From: Ascidiella aspersa
Lineage: Eukaryota
Length of the DNA: 64,000 bases
Reading direction: 5' to 3'
Assembly (NCBI GenBank): GCA_963924565.1
Contig: OZ004610.1
Span: 11,656,001-11,720,000 of the forward strand
The translations under genes were made by a program, and so were the position numbers. A model generated the notes under the pieces. The model had not been told where the DNA came from. It saw nothing but the letters and a program-made list of their open reading frames with translations, and made no database searches. Positions 61,734 to 64,000 of the stretch are shown here, in pieces; positions within the stretch are counted from its first letter, which is position 1, and every line of letters begins with the position of its first letter.

Positions 61734-63756
61734 ATGGTAGAACTGTGGTGGATGTTTCTTATTTTACCAATATTTGAAACAAGAACTGATTCTTTTGTGT
61801 TAGAAGCAAGAAAACCAGCTGATACCCAAGTGTTTAATGCTGATCACAACCCATCAATAAATATCAGAATAAAGCGCAGAGCAGGACAACTTTCCTGCAG
61901 TTTTGGACATTGCTTTGTACCTCCAAATCAAAATATTAATTTTATTCCTAAACAACAAGTACCACTTGATGTGGTCACCCTACAGCTTTCCAGAAACCAA
62001 TTTGAGTACATAAACCGATCAGATTTTGCCGGTAGAGTTAATCTAACAAAACTGCAACTATCTAGAAATCTTATTAAAACAATTGAAAACTTTTCATTTG
62101 TCAGCCAAGGAAATCTTATGGTAAGAAACATTTTGCTAAAAATACAACCAGTATATATGTTGTATATTTGCAAAAAAACAATACTGCTAGTTTTAAATTA
62201 ATTTCTTTTTTGCAGATTTTACAACTACAACACAACCGAATATCAAAAATCAGCCATGAGACTTTTCTTGGTTTATCAAAATTAAAGACATTGAACCTTG
62301 CTGTAAGTGTTAAAATAATGTTCCCACTACATATATTAAACTTATTTAAATTGCATAATCTCATCGTTCTTTTAATAACCATTCATTATTTTCAGAGTAA
62401 CAAGATCGCATTCATAGACAGAAAAATGTTAACTCCAATGAAAAGTTTGCAAACTCTTCATCTGGAAAACAATAAATTAGAACAGCTAAAAAACTGTACA
62501 TTCTGCGACTTGGTGCATTTAAAATCCCTGTTTTTAAATGCTAACAAGTTAAAAATTATTGACAAAGATACATTTCATGTAAGTACGACTTTGAATATAC
62601 ATAACAATGTTTGTATTATGAAATTTATTAAATTAATATAAATTTGACACAAATACTTAAAAAAACATTTTTTTCAGATAAATTAGACCAATATGTTAAT
62701 AATGGAGGTTTTAACAAAACAAAGAGTATACTATAAAAAATATTTTAGGCATATTTGAGATAAACATTTTTTCAGCAAATGCTATTTTTTTGTTAAAAAT
62801 TACAGGGGCTCTATGGGCTACAGCTGCTTTTCATTCAATACAACCAAATCTCACACTTTGAATTCTCTGGACTAAATTTTGCAAGTTCATCACTCAAATT
62901 AAAAACACACAATAACCCTTGGGACTGCACTTGTCAACTAAAGCAAGAGTTTGACAGTTTTATTTGGAACACATCTCTGCCTGTATCGTGCTTGACTCCA
63001 ACGGCGTGTGTCATTTGTTCGAGTCCAGACATATTTGCCAGTACCCCACTTCACAAAATCTCAAAAGTGGAACTACCCCACTGCACCCAACAGATATCAA
63101 CTGCTGCTGAAACAACCACAATGTTGACCATACAACCTTTACCAAATTCCAATATGTCAACTTTTACATTAATTTCAAGTACATCAAGTGCAGGTGCAAC
63201 AACTTCTGGTCCAATCAACTTATCTACAACGAGTTCTAATTCAACAGATTCAAGTTTACCAAATTCTGGTACAACAACTTCTGTTCCCACAAACTTTATT
63301 ATCACAACAAATTCTAGTTCAACAGAGTCTAGTTTACCAAATTCTGGTGCAACAACTTCTGTGCAAACAAGTTCAGTTATGACTATATTTTCTTCAATAA
63401 AAACAATGAAAACAGAAAGTTCCACTGATAAAAATGCCAGTCCCACTACTACAACTTCAAGCAATGCAAGTACAATGCAATCAACCAATGCAACTTCTCT
63501 TCTGGGTCAAAGCACAAACACAACTATTGTTTTTACCACAACTCCTACTTTCGGTGACAAAACTTCTTCAAAAGATGCAAGAGGAGAACCAGAAAAAGGG
63601 AACAAAGATAGTTCAGAGTTTACTGTGCCAAATAAAGAGCATTCAGTTCAAATTAAAATTGTGATAACAGTACTCATTAGTTCTTTGATTGTTATTGTAA
63701 TTTGTATCATGGCAATGGTTTATGTCCACCGAAGGCACACACATAATCATTTCTAA
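61734..63756 (+). CDS. Single-pass LRR-mucin-stalk receptor with putative furin propeptide, ~535 aa
   Basis: Exons 61734-62120, 62216-62302, 62396-62578 and 62806-63756 are all phase 0. Signal peptide; 'RIKRR'; LRRs; LRRCT 'NNPWDCTCQL...CLTPTACVICSSP...C'; ~190-aa S/T-rich stalk; TM 'IVITVLISSLIVIVICIMAMVYV'; 9-aa tail. Confidence 0.9.
63190..63375 (+). repeat. Coding 75-78-bp tandem repeat in mucin stalk
   Basis: GGT(G/A)CAACAACTTCT recurs at 63193, 63268 and 63346; 'SSLPNSG(T/A)TTSV' occurs twice. Confidence 0.85.
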
Positions 63757-64000
63757 GTTTGGATAATATATTATTTTGCAAAAAAATCCAACTAAATTGA
63801 ATTTTACAATTTTAAACTACATTTGTTCTTTTATTGTACAATTTTTCTTAAAAATAAATATAACTAAGCCAATGTTATTTGTTTTGCATTCATCTTTTAA
63901 ATTTCAAAACAAAACAAATATTGAGTACAAAATTTAACGGCAAAAGAGTGGTGAACATTAAATTTTATTATCCTATTTAGAAATGTACCTTATAAATAAT

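Overview
AT-rich, intron-containing animal genomic DNA; the style (short AT-rich introns, patchy CpG depletion, many small hAT-type MITEs) suggests an invertebrate chordate such as an ascidian, but the taxon is inference only. Manual splicing (GT-AG sites, phases checked) gives seven protein-coding genes. These are a GT31 beta-1,3-galactosyltransferase-like gene (+, 685-1704), an 8-exon divergent rhodopsin-class orphan GPCR (+, 6004-13618) and a 26-exon, 37-kb centrobin gene (-, 52068-14948). Two antisense genes are nested in consecutive centrobin introns: a CHPF-like protein lacking the N-terminal GT31 domain (32480-34743) and an LRR-stalk-TM receptor (40139-46131). Two further tandem LRR receptors follow: one probably GPI-anchored with two LRR modules (58541-60993), and one with a furin-type propeptide, mucin stalk and TM (61734-63756). 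The three LRR genes share an unusual LRRCT cap with an extra Cys pair around a variable loop, and their architecture recalls VLR/GPIb-alpha; this is the best candidate for an undescribed system. Centrobin switches abruptly from a CpG-poor, short-intron 5' half to a CpG-rich, long-intron 3' half. No rRNA, tRNA or CRISPR features were recognised. All homology calls come from recalled motifs, not database searches.
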